63,052 nt of DNA from an uncultured Methanosarcinales archaeon (GTDB lineage Archaea; Nanobdellota; Nanobdellia; Woesearchaeales; GW2011-AR9): the NCBI GenBank assembly GCA_964598745.1, contig CAZRCV010000001.1:1-63052 (forward strand), read 5' to 3'. Within the stretch, counting starts at the first letter, position 1; each line of letters starts with the position of its first letter. Below the pieces are notes generated by a model. That model saw nothing but the letters and a program-made list of their open reading frames with translations, searched no databases and was not told the origin of the DNA. Both the position numbers and the translations under genes were made by a program. This document shows positions 1 through 9,837 of this stretch, one piece after another.

Positions 1-84
1 AATTCATAATCAACAACAACCAAATAGAATAAATAATGTTTGTTTATTTTAGTTATTGCTAATCAAGTTAGTAGTAAAAAACTA

Positions 85-855
85 CTAATATATTTTCAAC
101 AATTTCCTCAATCCCAAACTAAAGATAATCGAAAGAATTATGTATAACCCTAGCCAACCTGGCTGCCAATTAAAGACCGGGACAGTAAAATCTGGCCCTA
201 GCGGCCTTAATTTGTTGTAACCTATTTGGATTTGTTTAATTTCTGAATTATCATAAACTGTTAATGGTTCATCATACCTTAACTCCTTAGTTATTAAAAC
301 AGTTTTATTCTGTTGATCATTGGTTGTTTTTACAGTTATAAGGCTGTCTCCTTCCGCCACTGCTTTAATATTCCATAGTACTTTGCTACTGATTGGCTGT
401 TCAGCTTCACTTAATATTTCCACTTTATCATCTCCAACTAGTTCCACTGGCCCTGTGGCTCCTTCGACGAATTCGGCAGTTAGGCTAAACCTGTCCCCGG
501 GAAAAATTGGTTCGTACATTAAATGAGCAGACATCCAACTAAAAATAATTAAAATTGGCAACATGGTAATCAGCGTGGCTTTGAAAGAGTGTTTCATGTA
601 TTCTAAATTTTTACTCATAGCTTCTTTTTGGACTTTCATCATTTCTTCAGGATTATGACGAAGCTCTTTCAGACGTTTTTGAAACAGCTTTTGCTCTTCT
701 TTTAAGCGTTTCATTTCCTGTTGGTTGGTAGCAAATTTATAGACTAATGTTATAATCAAAGAGATAGCCAAAGCTAGGATAAAGATAGCCCAGAACGGAC
801 CAAAGTTTAGCAAGGGCAGAAAGATTTTACTTAAAGCTGAGTCCAAAAAAGACAT
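85..855 (-). CDS. DUF106/EMC3-TMCO1-like membrane protein (archaeal YidC/Oxa1-type insertase homologue) with a ~120-aa insert before the last TM helix
   Basis: N-terminal TM helix, then a basic coiled-coil (QQEMKRLKEEQKLFQKRLKELR..MMKVQKEAMSKNLEYMK), then further TM helices. This is the DUF106 layout. It lies directly downstream of secY, as in many archaea. Confidence 0.6.
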   Translation of the reverse strand: MSFLDSALSKIFLPLLNFGPFWAIFILALAISLIITLVYKFATNQQEMKRLKEEQKLFQKRLKELRHNPEEMMKVQKEAMSKNLEYMKHSFKATLITMLPILIIFSWMSAHLMYEPIFPGDRFSLTAEFVEGATGPVELVGDDKVEILSEAEQPISSKVLWNIKAVAEGDSLITVKTTNDQQNKTVLITKELRYDEPLTVYDNSEIKQIQIGYNKLRPLGPDFTVPVFNWQPGWLGLYIILSIIFSLGLRKLLKIY

Positions 856-914
856 AAACTTGAATCTTAACCAATAATATATAAAGATTATGTTAATTTA
901 GTTAAAGATAAACT

Positions 915-2300
915 TTATTCCATCAATTTGCGCAAAGCTGGATGCATATCCATCATATGATCCTTAGCTAGTTCTTCATATAATTTGTAAATAATCATTA
1001 CTGACAGAACTACACTGGTACCCTGCGCCAAGGCCCCAGTTAGATCAGCTAAAGCTGCCAGCAAACCAATAGCCGCGCCACCAACCACCGTTAGTGCCCA
1101 GATGTAACGACTTAAGATCTTTTCTAGCACCCGTTCATCCCGCCTAAATCCAGGTATCTGCAATCCTGAAGATAAAATTTGTTTAGCTTGGCTCCGAGCA
1201 TCCATGTTTGCTGTTTGCATCCAAAATATGCTGAACACCACTGAACCTAGAACAAACACCAACACGTAAACTAAAGATTGGCCTAATAATGAAAACGAGA
1301 AGCTGCCTTGAATAAGACTTTTTACCAGGTTGGGAGAATTTAACCAATAAGCTAAACCGCTTACGGCTACCCCATTAGAAAAGTGGCCCAGAATGGGAAC
1401 ACCCCAGCGTTCAAACAAACTGCCAAATAAAGTGATATTAGCTAGCAAGGCAGCTACCAAGATCACCGGAATATTAGACGTATAAAAAAAGCTTAACGGC
1501 CAGCGCATACCATATCCCCTAATTTTTCCAAAGGAAAGAGGAATCTCCACTTTCATGGCTTGGCCATAAACCGCAACCAAGAACACCGCAATGGTAGAAA
1601 CGAGAGCAGCGATCTGCAGTGCAGCTGTAGTAATATCTCCTATAGCCAAAGATTGAAACAAAGCTGGAACTGCTCCGCTAGAAATTTGCGAACCCTGCGG
1701 TTTAATATAATTAAAGGTCCGAACAAATATTTGCTGTGCTACACCCCCAACAATAAACAAAGAAATCCCCGACCCGAAACCCCATTTGGAAATAACTTCA
1801 TCCATAAATAGTATTAAAATGCCGCCAATGAACATTTGTAACACTAATAGCCATTGGAGCTCAGTGTAAAGGTTAGTGCCTATGTAAGATTGTGATGGCG
1901 CCAAACCCCCCATAAATACGTAAATAGACGCTTCAAAAATGATGAACACGAACGACAACAGTTTCTGCAGCCCCTTAAACTTTTTACGGCCTTCTGCTGA
2001 AGACATGTCAAATTTTAAGATCCCTGTTCCAGCTAATAATTGCAGTACAATCGAACCTGTAACTATTGGACCAATACCCAAACTAATAATAGAACCAAAT
2101 GATGCCCCTAAAATTATGGAAAGAAACTCAAACTGCTGAAGTGAGTTCTCACCTAAGCCAAACAAAGGAATTAAACCCATTACAAAAAAAATAACCAGAA
2201 TTATTAAAGTCCACTTAAGTTTTTCTTTAAATGGCAACCTTTTTTGTATTGGCCCTTTCACCTCAGGAAGAAGCGAAAGAATGTAATCTATTTTCCCCAT
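915..2300 (-). CDS. secY: Preprotein translocase subunit SecY
   Basis: 461-aa, ~10-TM protein with SecY-like segments (LGIGPIVTGSIVLQLL, FNYIKPQG, IPGFRRDE). Last gene of the r-protein supercluster, after uL15. Confidence 0.95.
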   Translation of the reverse strand: MGKIDYILSLLPEVKGPIQKRLPFKEKLKWTLIILVIFFVMGLIPLFGLGENSLQQFEFLSIILGASFGSIISLGIGPIVTGSIVLQLLAGTGILKFDMSSAEGRKKFKGLQKLLSFVFIIFEASIYVFMGGLAPSQSYIGTNLYTELQWLLVLQMFIGGILILFMDEVISKWGFGSGISLFIVGGVAQQIFVRTFNYIKPQGSQISSGAVPALFQSLAIGDITTAALQIAALVSTIAVFLVAVYGQAMKVEIPLSFGKIRGYGMRWPLSFFYTSNIPVILVAALLANITLFGSLFERWGVPILGHFSNGVAVSGLAYWLNSPNLVKSLIQGSFSFSLLGQSLVYVLVFVLGSVVFSIFWMQTANMDARSQAKQILSSGLQIPGFRRDERVLEKILSRYIWALTVVGGAAIGLLAALADLTGALAQGTSVVLSVMIIYKLYEELAKDHMMDMHPALRKLME

Positions 2301-2316
2301 GTTATTTTTATTCTAA

Positions 2317-2805
2317 CTAGCCTATCTCTTTGGAAGGTGTAGGCAAATCATCAGCTGACAATGCCCTGCCAACCGTTATCAGCTTAACATTTCCACCAGT
2401 GGAAGAAACCTTTTCTGATGCCTTTTTGCTGCAATACTTGACGATAAATGCTACTTTAACTGTAATTACTCCCGTGCTTAATAACTTATCGTAACCTAGT
2501 TGGTTAAGGTTTACTTGGTAAACATCGTCTTTCTTAGATATTTCTCCTTCTTTTACTAATTGCAATAGGCGATTTTCAGTGAAATAACTTAAATTAATAG
2601 CCTGGCCAGCTCCAAATGACCTACGAGGAATGAATCCATGGCGACCTAACACAATTCCATATTTTTTATGTCCAGCCCGCTTGCCGCTTCCCGCACGCCC
2701 TCTGCCGCCACGGCTACCAGCTCCTCGTCGCTTTTTATGGTGGCCACAACCATGAGAAGTCTGGCCTCGGTATTTCACAACTTTCTTTCTTCTGTTGGTT
2801 ACCAT
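2317..2805 (-). CDS. rpl15: 50S ribosomal protein uL15
   Basis: Gly/Arg-rich N-terminus HGCGHHKKRRGAGSRGGRGRAGSGKRAGHKK. Position between uL30 and secY. Confidence 0.9.
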   Translation of the reverse strand: MVTNRRKKVVKYRGQTSHGCGHHKKRRGAGSRGGRGRAGSGKRAGHKKYGIVLGRHGFIPRRSFGAGQAINLSYFTENRLLQLVKEGEISKKDDVYQVNLNQLGYDKLLSTGVITVKVAFIVKYCSKKASEKVSSTGGNVKLITVGRALSADDLPTPSKEIG

Positions 2806-2843
2806 ATTACTAGTTTTTAGTTAAACGAAGGCGATTCACCTTC

Positions 2844-3302
2844 TTAAAGCATCCTCCTTATTAAATCATTTATTTTGTCTGCGCGATAACCTAAGCCACC
2901 ACCAGAATTAAAAGGTATCTTCATGCCTTTGCGACCAAAACCTTTTCGCGGCGGATTTAACCTAAAATAAGGCTTATATTTCTTGCCCCCAAACTCTAAC
3001 GTTTTATAGGTATATTTTTTCTTAGAATCTTCCGTTGGCCCTTGATACAAAATTCCACGCTGTTCAACTAGTTGCTTAAAGGTGTCATTAGAAATCTCAC
3101 CCCAAGTTACATAATCCTTTACTTTTTTTACCATTCCCCTACTAACAGAATTATTATTAATCACAACACAGTAATTTTTGTGGGTTAGCCTTAACATCTT
3201 CAAAGTATCTTTTATTTTAACTGTAACGCTAACCATCCCACGCACTAACACTACTGCTAACTGGCTGCTGTTTTCATTTGCATTCTTTGTTTTTAATGTC
3301 AT
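2844..3302 (-). CDS. rpl30: 50S ribosomal protein uL30
   Basis: LAVVLVRGMVSV..IKDTLKMLRLTHKN motif. Synteny uS5-uL30-uL15. Confidence 0.9.
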   Translation of the reverse strand: MTLKTKNANENSSQLAVVLVRGMVSVTVKIKDTLKMLRLTHKNYCVVINNNSVSRGMVKKVKDYVTWGEISNDTFKQLVEQRGILYQGPTEDSKKKYTYKTLEFGGKKYKPYFRLNPPRKGFGRKGMKIPFNSGGGLGYRADKINDLIRRML

Positions 3303-3314
3303 ATCACTTCAGAC

Positions 3315-4157
3315 CTATTCTGTATTTTTTGAAGTTGGGATGGTTCCGGCCTGGACTATAGGTATCATACTGTCCACCACGTGGGCCTGCTCTGCAGTAC
3401 GGTCTCGCAGCCGACCCTCAACTAAACCTACTTTAGCCGCATCCTGGCCATGAGTTTTTTGTTCCGATAATTTTTTTAAAGCATCCATCAAGGCATAAAT
3501 TAAGTTTAATTTAGTATTAGTCTGGCCTTCAGTTTTACTCCATACATCCCGAATGCCAGCTAAGGCTAGGATTTTAGCGCATTCTTTTTCCACACATAAG
3601 CCAGTGCCTCGAGGCGCAGGCAAAAGAGTAAGCCGAACTGAACCACATTTACCAGTAATTTGGAACGGAATAGAGTTTGGTTCCATAGAATCTGACTCCC
3701 AACTGCCACAACCGCGCCTGATTTTAATGACATTTAACCTAGCATTCCTTTTGGCCTTGTCCCTAGCCGGAACAGTTTCCTTGCTTTTGCCAATGGCTAC
3801 GCCCACAAACCCGTCCCGGTTGCCAACCACAGCGCAAGTTGTAAATTGAATACGATTCCCTTCGTTGGTTTTTTTCTGAGTTTGACGAAAAATTCTTCGT
3901 TGGCCGCCGCCAAACTTTCCTTTGGCTTGACCAATCAACAACAAGTCTTCTTCTAAATCAGGTAAAAGTCGATTAACTATTTCCGCCTCTTTAATTTTAA
4001 GGCCATGATTAAATATTTCTTCTATATCAGTAATTTCACCAGATTTAACCATGCGACCCACCGCTGTGACTGGCTTCCATTCGCTTTTTAATTCTGGCAC
4101 TTCTTCTATTTCATGGGTGATTTTTTCTATTACTTTTGGAGAGGTTTCTTCTGACAT
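3315..4157 (-). CDS. rps5: 30S ribosomal protein uS5 (longer than is typical for archaea)
   Basis: FTTCAVVGNRDGFVGVAIGKSKE and GTGLCVEKECAKILALAGIRDVWSKT motifs. Synteny. Confidence 0.9.
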   Translation of the reverse strand: MSEETSPKVIEKITHEIEEVPELKSEWKPVTAVGRMVKSGEITDIEEIFNHGLKIKEAEIVNRLLPDLEEDLLLIGQAKGKFGGGQRRIFRQTQKKTNEGNRIQFTTCAVVGNRDGFVGVAIGKSKETVPARDKAKRNARLNVIKIRRGCGSWESDSMEPNSIPFQITGKCGSVRLTLLPAPRGTGLCVEKECAKILALAGIRDVWSKTEGQTNTKLNLIYALMDALKKLSEQKTHGQDAAKVGLVEGRLRDRTAEQAHVVDSMIPIVQAGTIPTSKNTE

Positions 4158-4159
4158 GT

Positions 4160-4660
4160 TTAATTACCTAAGCTCTGCTTAACTTTAGAAAAGTGCTCCT
4201 TAACTGTTGTTTTTAAATGTTGCCCCAGAATTACTTCCAAGCTAGGAAAGATATCTTCCTCGCCTTGAGGGATTAACAAACCACCGTCAATAGCGCCTTT
4301 CAAGAAAGCATAAATTTTTCCTTTACGTTCTGGTGTTTTAAGGCCAGTATCTAAAATAGCTTCTGTTATGCCTGCATGAACTGCTTTCTTAGCTAACCAG
4401 AAGCCAGTAAGGTAAGCTGCTGGAACATTTTTAGGCGAGGCTTTCCATCCTTTTTTGCTAAGAAGATCTGAAGATACGCCCGCCTTAACCAAATCTCCTT
4501 TAGCAGAAAATTCTATTATTTGTCCAATAATTTTATGTCCCGTAAAACGTATTGCCAATCGTGGTTTACGGCTAGCTAATAGTTTTAATCGCTTGTTGTA
4601 ATCAGTCCTTAATTCTCGCTTTCTTCTATACAATACCGTTTTGGGTTTATTGTTAGCCAT
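4160..4660 (-). CDS. rpl18: 50S ribosomal protein uL18
   Basis: RRKRELRTDYNKRLKLLAS..PRLAIRFT N-terminus. Synteny eL19-uL18-uS5. Confidence 0.9.
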   Translation of the reverse strand: MANNKPKTVLYRRKRELRTDYNKRLKLLASRKPRLAIRFTGHKIIGQIIEFSAKGDLVKAGVSSDLLSKKGWKASPKNVPAAYLTGFWLAKKAVHAGITEAILDTGLKTPERKGKIYAFLKGAIDGGLLIPQGEEDIFPSLEVILGQHLKTTVKEHFSKVKQSLGN

Positions 4661-4669
4661 AATGAAATT

Positions 4670-5134
4670 TTATTTATTCTCCTTTGTTTTATTTTCCTGG
4701 ATCAGTTTATGTTCAGAAATAAATAATTTAATATGGCGGCGGCTTCTAAAGTAGCCTCCTTTACATTTAGCATAAAGTAACTTGTAATCTTTTGCGGACA
4801 GCAACTGCTTTTGCTTTAAATCTTGCAACAACCTACGTTGTGTTCTGATAAGCGCCATCCAAGCCTGCTTTCTAGCCACCACGGAATATTTTGATCCCTT
4901 GCGCGACCCAGGTCCTTTTTGCCTGCCTTTTCGTTTTTGGCGAATAATGTGGCGAGCCCTGCTTCGCGAGTGTTCACTTCCCCTAGATTTTATCACTTTT
5001 TTGACTGCAATTAATCCGCGCAAGTCAGACCTAGTAATTGCTTTTTTAATATCTTCCAAAGCCCCAGCAACAAATTTTACTTTCTTAGGCGAAACTTTCA
5101 ACAATTTCCCAGCCAGTTTCTTTTTATTCATCAT
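4670..5134 (-). CDS. rpl19e: 50S ribosomal protein eL19
   Basis: KKLAGKLLKVSPKKVKF..; basic RKGRQKGPGSRKGSK segment. Synteny. Confidence 0.9.
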   Translation of the reverse strand: MMNKKKLAGKLLKVSPKKVKFVAGALEDIKKAITRSDLRGLIAVKKVIKSRGSEHSRSRARHIIRQKRKGRQKGPGSRKGSKYSVVARKQAWMALIRTQRRLLQDLKQKQLLSAKDYKLLYAKCKGGYFRSRRHIKLFISEHKLIQENKTKENK

Positions 5135-5141
5135 TTTTAAT

Positions 5142-5774
5142 TTATTGGCGCTTGATTATCGTCTTCTCCATTTCTTGCTGTTCTTGTTGTTTTTTTTGCT
5201 TTTCCGATTCTGGAATTACTGAATCATCCGTCACCGTGTCTTCTATTGCCTTATCAGTAGCAGCCTCTTTCTTCTTTTTTTCTTCTACTTTTCTTTCTTT
5301 TTCCTTCTGTTTTTCCGTCCTGACAACTAATTTTTGACGTTTTAATTTTTGGCGCTCAGTTATTTTTGCGGTAATTTTCTCGGATAACTTAACCGGATCT
5401 CTAACATTTAACAACTTAATCTTATGCTCAACTGCGTATTTAAGTAGTTGCAATTTTTTCCTGTCGCCAACGGTTCCAGAAAAAACACCGCCTTCCTTTT
5501 CTTTGTTAAGCAACTGCAGATCTTTAACAGAATGGACTATCACTGGTTTAAACCCGGAAGAATGCAAACCGCGCACTACTTTAGGAGAACCATAACCTGG
5601 CGTAGGCAAGGCCGGCCGACCCAAGTGGCATTGCCTAACTTTAGAATGGCGACCTTGGGGGTAACGCCAGCGGCTTTTAATCCTAGCTGAATATTTTGAT
5701 TCTTTAACTAAAAAGTCAGGCAAATGTTTCTTAGCGGCTTTGCGTAAAGATAAGAGAGAGCTAACGGGAGTCAT
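5142..5774 (-). CDS. rpl32e: 50S ribosomal protein eL32 with a Lys/Glu-rich C-terminal tail
   Basis: RIKSRWRYPQGRHSKVR..PGYGSPKVVRGLHSSGF core. Synteny uL6-eL32-eL19. Confidence 0.85.
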   Translation of the reverse strand: MTPVSSLLSLRKAAKKHLPDFLVKESKYSARIKSRWRYPQGRHSKVRQCHLGRPALPTPGYGSPKVVRGLHSSGFKPVIVHSVKDLQLLNKEKEGGVFSGTVGDRKKLQLLKYAVEHKIKLLNVRDPVKLSEKITAKITERQKLKRQKLVVRTEKQKEKERKVEEKKKKEAATDKAIEDTVTDDSVIPESEKQKKQQEQQEMEKTIIKRQ

Positions 5775-6319
5775 ATTGGCGCCTCTCGCCCAGCTTTCTC
5801 AATGATATAACAACCATCCTGAAAGACTCTTAAATCACGATTAGTAATTCTACAAGCTTTCTCAATACGGGCAGCTACCAAACCAGCTTTCTCTTTATCA
5901 ACAGATATTACAGTAATTTCTGAACCGCTTACCTTTACCTTCACATCGTCTAACAAAGATACTTTTCTTGGCACCGCCTCACCTAGGAAATTTTTGATAA
6001 GCAGTTCTTTAGCAGTGACTGAAACATTCATTGGAAAATGGCCAGAACAAATTTTAAGCCGATAAACATAAGGATTGACTACACCCGAAACCATATTTTT
6101 GATGTGTGAAAAAAATGACCCTATCATTTTTTTCTCTCTTTTGGTAGCCCGCTTGGAAAAAACACTGATTTTTCTCTCTCCCAGATGCAATTCAACTTGA
6201 GGATGGGTAAAAGCTCTCGTTATCTGGCCATTAGGCCCGCTAATGCCTAGGACACTATCTTTTAGAGAAGCATTCACTTTTTCTGGTAAAGCTATAACTT
6301 TGATTAATTCTTGTTTCAT
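5771..6319 (-). CDS. rpl6: 50S ribosomal protein uL6
   Basis: Two-domain uL6-like sequence (YVYRLKICSGHFPMNVSV). 4-nt overlap with the eL32 start. Synteny. Confidence 0.9.
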   Translation of the reverse strand: MKQELIKVIALPEKVNASLKDSVLGISGPNGQITRAFTHPQVELHLGERKISVFSKRATKREKKMIGSFFSHIKNMVSGVVNPYVYRLKICSGHFPMNVSVTAKELLIKNFLGEAVPRKVSLLDDVKVKVSGSEITVISVDKEKAGLVAARIEKACRITNRDLRVFQDGCYIIEKAGREAPI

Positions 6320-6326
6320 TGTTAAT

Positions 6327-6725
6327 CTAATAGCAGTAAGCTAATAATTTCCCTCCCAATTTCATTTCCTTAGCCTGATAATGAGTTACTATGCCTTTCG
6401 GTGTGGATACTACCAAAATGCCAAAATCCTTTGCCGGAAGATAGCGTTTTTCCCATTTTTCAAAAGCATTGCATTTTGTTGAAAATCGTGGTTTTATCAC
6501 GCCGCAACTATTAACGCTGCCTAATAAGTTTACCTTAAGCTCGCGGCCATCACTGCTTTCCTCACACCAACCAATGTAGTGACAATCTCTTAATATTTCT
6601 AAAACTATCTTTATCATTTTAGAGTGCTCTTTAATAAGAACCTCTTTCTTGCCTACTTTCTCGGCATTCAAAATTTTTGTCAGGGCTGCTGCTAATGGGT
6701 CATTTAACATTTTTCCTTCCCTCAA
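6327..6725 (-). CDS. rps8: 30S ribosomal protein uS8
   Basis: DPLAAALTKILNAEKVGKKEV N-terminus and GILVVSTPKGIVTHYQAKE..GGKLLAYCY C-terminus. Confidence 0.9.
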   Translation of the reverse strand: MREGKMLNDPLAAALTKILNAEKVGKKEVLIKEHSKMIKIVLEILRDCHYIGWCEESSDGRELKVNLLGSVNSCGVIKPRFSTKCNAFEKWEKRYLPAKDFGILVVSTPKGIVTHYQAKEMKLGGKLLAYCY

Positions 6726-6767
6726 TCAAATTGGCATTATTAATCATATATATCTACTCGCAAGGCC

Positions 6768-6998
6768 TCACGTAAATTTCTTAAACCCCAAACCAACAGC
6801 CATTTCACGAAAGCATTGCCGGCATATATGAAGGCCATACTTTCCAATGTGAGCACGCATACGGCCACAATTTTTACACTTTCTAAGAGCTATACCACAG
6901 CTCCTGGCTTTCGGCTGATTAAATTTAATAAATTTCTGTTTCTTAACAGGCTTGGCGTTAAGTTGGGTAAACATCTTCCGATGATCGCTAGTTGTCAT
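6768..6998 (-). CDS. rps14: 30S ribosomal protein uS14 (zinc-binding type, N-terminally extended)
   Basis: [25 protein letters not shown] zinc-ribbon motif. Synteny uL5-uS14-uS8. Confidence 0.85.
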   Translation of the reverse strand: MTTSDHRKMFTQLNAKPVKKQKFIKFNQPKARSCGIALRKCKNCGRMRAHIGKYGLHICRQCFREMAVGLGFKKFT

Positions 6999-6999
6999 T

Positions 7000-7515
7000 T
7001 TACTGAATCTCTACTCCCAGGGTTTGCTTGGCAAAAGCCATCGCCTCATCCTTACTAATCAAGTGATTGTTTCCTATCGGACTTCTTTTGATGGCACGAT
7101 CTTTTACTCTAAACCCCGGCCTTTGCAAAGTAACAGCCACTTCAAATCCCATAATTTTAAGTTCCGGATCATAATCCATTCCTGGAATGTCGATGTATTC
7201 TTTAACTCCAAATGCAAAATTGCCTTGATCATCAAAGTTACTTTCTGGTAACTTATAATCTAGTGTCGCTAAGAGCCGCTTTAATAACTCTTCCACTTTT
7301 CGCCTAACCGTTACCTTACAACCTATCTTTAGGCCCGGGCGCAGCCCCCACCCGGGAATTCTTTTATGAGTTACCGTAACTATTGGTTTGACTTCTCCAG
7401 ACAGCTTTTGCAACAATTTAAGGCCCCTTTTAAGTAGATCCTCGTCTTTGCCAGCACCTACATTTAGGGTAACCTTAGCTATCTTGATTTTTCTCATAAT
7501 ATTTTCTTTAGACAT
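7000..7515 (-). CDS. rpl5: 50S ribosomal protein uL5
   Basis: [12 protein letters not shown]..; [20 protein letters not shown] motif. Synteny. Confidence 0.9.
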   Translation of the reverse strand: MSKENIMRKIKIAKVTLNVGAGKDEDLLKRGLKLLQKLSGEVKPIVTVTHKRIPGWGLRPGLKIGCKVTVRRKVEELLKRLLATLDYKLPESNFDDQGNFAFGVKEYIDIPGMDYDPELKIMGFEVAVTLQRPGFRVKDRAIKRSPIGNNHLISKDEAMAFAKQTLGVEIQ

Positions 7516-7516
7516 C

Positions 7517-8173
7517 TTAATTTACCACGAATAAATAATTTTTAGCAGTAGTGATTTCTTCATCACCAACTTTACAGATGGCCTTTCCTTCTTCAATTTT
7601 TTTTAATTCTCCTGTTAAACCGCTGTGTTTGCCCAAAATTAACATTATTCGGGCTCCTGTCTTTAACGGAAGCACTGAAACTATTTTAAAGGAAGGAACT
7701 TCTAACTTAACACTATCACCAATATGCAGGGAGTTGTCAGCAATAATATTCCGGCCATCATGCAACCTAAATTGCAATAATCCTTTACGCACTAGGTTTT
7801 TGCCAACAACCTTACAAATTTTGTACTTATTTTGTTCCCTATCTGTTAAAGATATTTGCAGCCTACCTTGAGAATCAAGTTTCAATTGGTAATATTTACT
7901 TAATACAGGAATACTAATCGTGTCACCTAAACCAACGATAAAACGATGATCTACTCTTCTTTGCCCATCAACTAGAATTTCATTATCATGAAGCAACCTC
8001 TTTGCTTCACCCATAGTTTGAGCCAAAGCTAAATAATTTCTCAAAATTAATCCCAAAGGCAAGCCTAAATTTAAACTGTGCGCTCCTGAATTGGGTCGAA
8101 CCACAAAGACATTATTTTTTCTGTCGATGAGCCAGGTTTTAGGTGCAGTTATTGCTTTTAAATGATTTTTCAT
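7517..8173 (-). CDS. rps4e: 30S ribosomal protein eS4
   Basis: HLKAITAPKTWLIDRK..FVVRPNSGAHS N-terminus typical of eS4. Synteny. Confidence 0.9.
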   Translation of the reverse strand: MKNHLKAITAPKTWLIDRKNNVFVVRPNSGAHSLNLGLPLGLILRNYLALAQTMGEAKRLLHDNEILVDGQRRVDHRFIVGLGDTISIPVLSKYYQLKLDSQGRLQISLTDREQNKYKICKVVGKNLVRKGLLQFRLHDGRNIIADNSLHIGDSVKLEVPSFKIVSVLPLKTGARIMLILGKHSGLTGELKKIEEGKAICKVGDEEITTAKNYLFVVN

Positions 8174-8661
8174 TTTTGTTCCGCTTGAGCCGGTAATGAT
8201 TTTCTAACTTTTACTGCATTTGCCCCTCCCTTAATTAGTTTAGCTGGTTTTACTGACTTACTTGAAGTGGAGGAAGATATTTTTGCTTTTTCTAATTTAA
8301 GCTTTCTTTTTTTGCCGGCTAAATCCAATTCCACAATCATGACATTAGAAGGAGATATTCCCACTTGAATCTTTGAACCATCTTTCTTGATTATTTCAAT
8401 TCCAGCAAGATGTATTTTCTCTTTCTTCAAATTAACTTTTTCTACCTTTCCCTCCCTGGATTTGAATTGTCCACGCATAACCTTAACTCTATCACCTGTT
8501 TTAACTTGAATATTTCTTAAGCCATATTTATCTCTCAGAACCGGAGCAAGATGAACATGCATAAATTTTTGCTTAATGTGAAGCGGAGCATTATACCTAT
8601 ATTTCCGTTGTTTCCGCAGCTGTGTACTGCTTTTCCAATGTGTTGAAAATTTTATTTTCAT
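8170..8661 (-). CDS. rpl24: 50S ribosomal protein uL24 with a basic/Ser-rich C-terminal tail
   Basis: KOW motif VKTGDRVKVMRGQFKSREGKVEKV. Synteny uL14-uL24-eS4. Confidence 0.85.
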   Translation of the reverse strand: MKIKFSTHWKSSTQLRKQRKYRYNAPLHIKQKFMHVHLAPVLRDKYGLRNIQVKTGDRVKVMRGQFKSREGKVEKVNLKKEKIHLAGIEIIKKDGSKIQVGISPSNVMIVELDLAGKKRKLKLEKAKISSSTSSKSVKPAKLIKGGANAVKVRKSLPAQAEQK

Positions 8662-8666
8662 TTTAT

Positions 8667-9074
8667 TTAAACAACCATGCTAGCCACTTTAGCAATAGCC
8701 GGCCAACGTTCAGCTACTTCTTTGGCAATAGGTCCCTTAAACAAGGTGCCCTTAGGATTGCCTTTTTCATCTTTTAAGACAACTGCAGCATTATCTTCAA
8801 ACTTAATCCTGGTTCCATCTGGCCTGCGATATTCCTTTCTTTGCCGTACAATTACAGCAGGGACCACCGTTTTTCTCATTTCCAATTTGCCCTTCTTCAC
8901 TGAAGCTAAAACTAAGTCGCCAACACCTGCCGATTGAATACGTCCCCTAACTACATTATAACCAATTCCTTTAACAGCAAAAATCTTCAAAACTTTAGCA
9001 CCAGAATTATCACAGGTTGGAACCAGTGCCTCCAATGGCAAAGCCCTGGTGACTCTGCTCCTGAAAGCCTTCAT
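8667..9074 (-). CDS. rpl14: 50S ribosomal protein uL14
   Basis: CDNSGAKVLKIFAVKG..GDLVLASVKKG..FEDNAAVVL motifs. Confidence 0.95.
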   Translation of the reverse strand: MKAFRSRVTRALPLEALVPTCDNSGAKVLKIFAVKGIGYNVVRGRIQSAGVGDLVLASVKKGKLEMRKTVVPAVIVRQRKEYRRPDGTRIKFEDNAAVVLKDEKGNPKGTLFKGPIAKEVAERWPAIAKVASMVV

Positions 9075-9544
9075 ACTAAACCACCCATTGCTTTTTTATC
9101 TTTTGATTTCTTTAAGGCCAGCTTAGCGATAGATTTCTTAGATGTCTTCTCAATTATAGGTTCTGCCAATTTATTTTTTTCCAACTTCCCTTTTTCAAAT
9201 ATTTTTATAATTACGTGGTGTTTGGTCTTGCTAAGCGGCCTGGTTCTGGCTACTAAAACTTCTTGACCAATCTGAGCGTTAACTGCAGGCGGATTGTGCA
9301 CCCTTAACCTAGACCTGTTGATAGCATACCGCTCATATTTAGGAATGAACTTCGATTCAAACCACTCAATGGTCGCAGATTTGTTGGTATCTTTCTTAAT
9401 TACCTTGCCTTTTAGCAATTCTTTTTTTACCACCAAACTGCCAGTAAATGGGCAATTTTTATCATAGTTAGAACTATCATAAGCTCCCTGCGGAGCCGGT
9501 ATCCCCAACACTGTTTCCTTAACTTTGTATGTTTGTGGTTTCAC
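9071..9544 (-). CDS. rps17: 30S ribosomal protein uS17 with a Lys-rich C-terminal tail
   Basis: CPFTGSLVVK..KGKVIKKDTNKSATIEW..YERYAINRSRLRVHNPP..VLVARTRPLSKTK core. Confidence 0.85.
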   Translation of the reverse strand: MKPQTYKVKETVLGIPAPQGAYDSSNYDKNCPFTGSLVVKKELLKGKVIKKDTNKSATIEWFESKFIPKYERYAINRSRLRVHNPPAVNAQIGQEVLVARTRPLSKTKHHVIIKIFEKGKLEKNKLAEPIIEKTSKKSIAKLALKKSKDKKAMGGLV

Positions 9545-9798
9545 TTTCCTTTCAACCTGTCTTCTGGCTTTTTGATTAAATCTACTCCCTTTATTATCTT
9601 ATCATGGTGTTCCAACCTTAAAACTAAACCTGATTTTAATAGGATTGCCTCCTTCCCTTTAGTGAGAACCACCAAAGTAGCTTTAGTTTCATTTATCACT
9701 TTCCCTTGAAGACCAATCAAGCTTCTGTTGGTAGCATTTACAATGATGATTCTTTTGCCGATTAATTCCCCAGGAAAAATTTCCAAGTTAGATTTCAT
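9541..9798 (-). CDS. rnp1: RNase P protein component 1 (Rpp29/Pop4 family)
   Basis: ELIGKRIIIVNATNRSLIGLQGKVINETKATLVV..PEDRLK matches the Rpp29 Sm-like core. Canonical slot between SUI1/uL29 and uS17. Confidence 0.75.
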   Translation of the reverse strand: MKSNLEIFPGELIGKRIIIVNATNRSLIGLQGKVINETKATLVVLTKGKEAILLKSGLVLRLEHHDKIIKGVDLIKKPEDRLKGK

Positions 9799-9837
9799 GA
9801 GTTCTTTTTGCCTTGCACCAAATTAAATTTGGCACAA

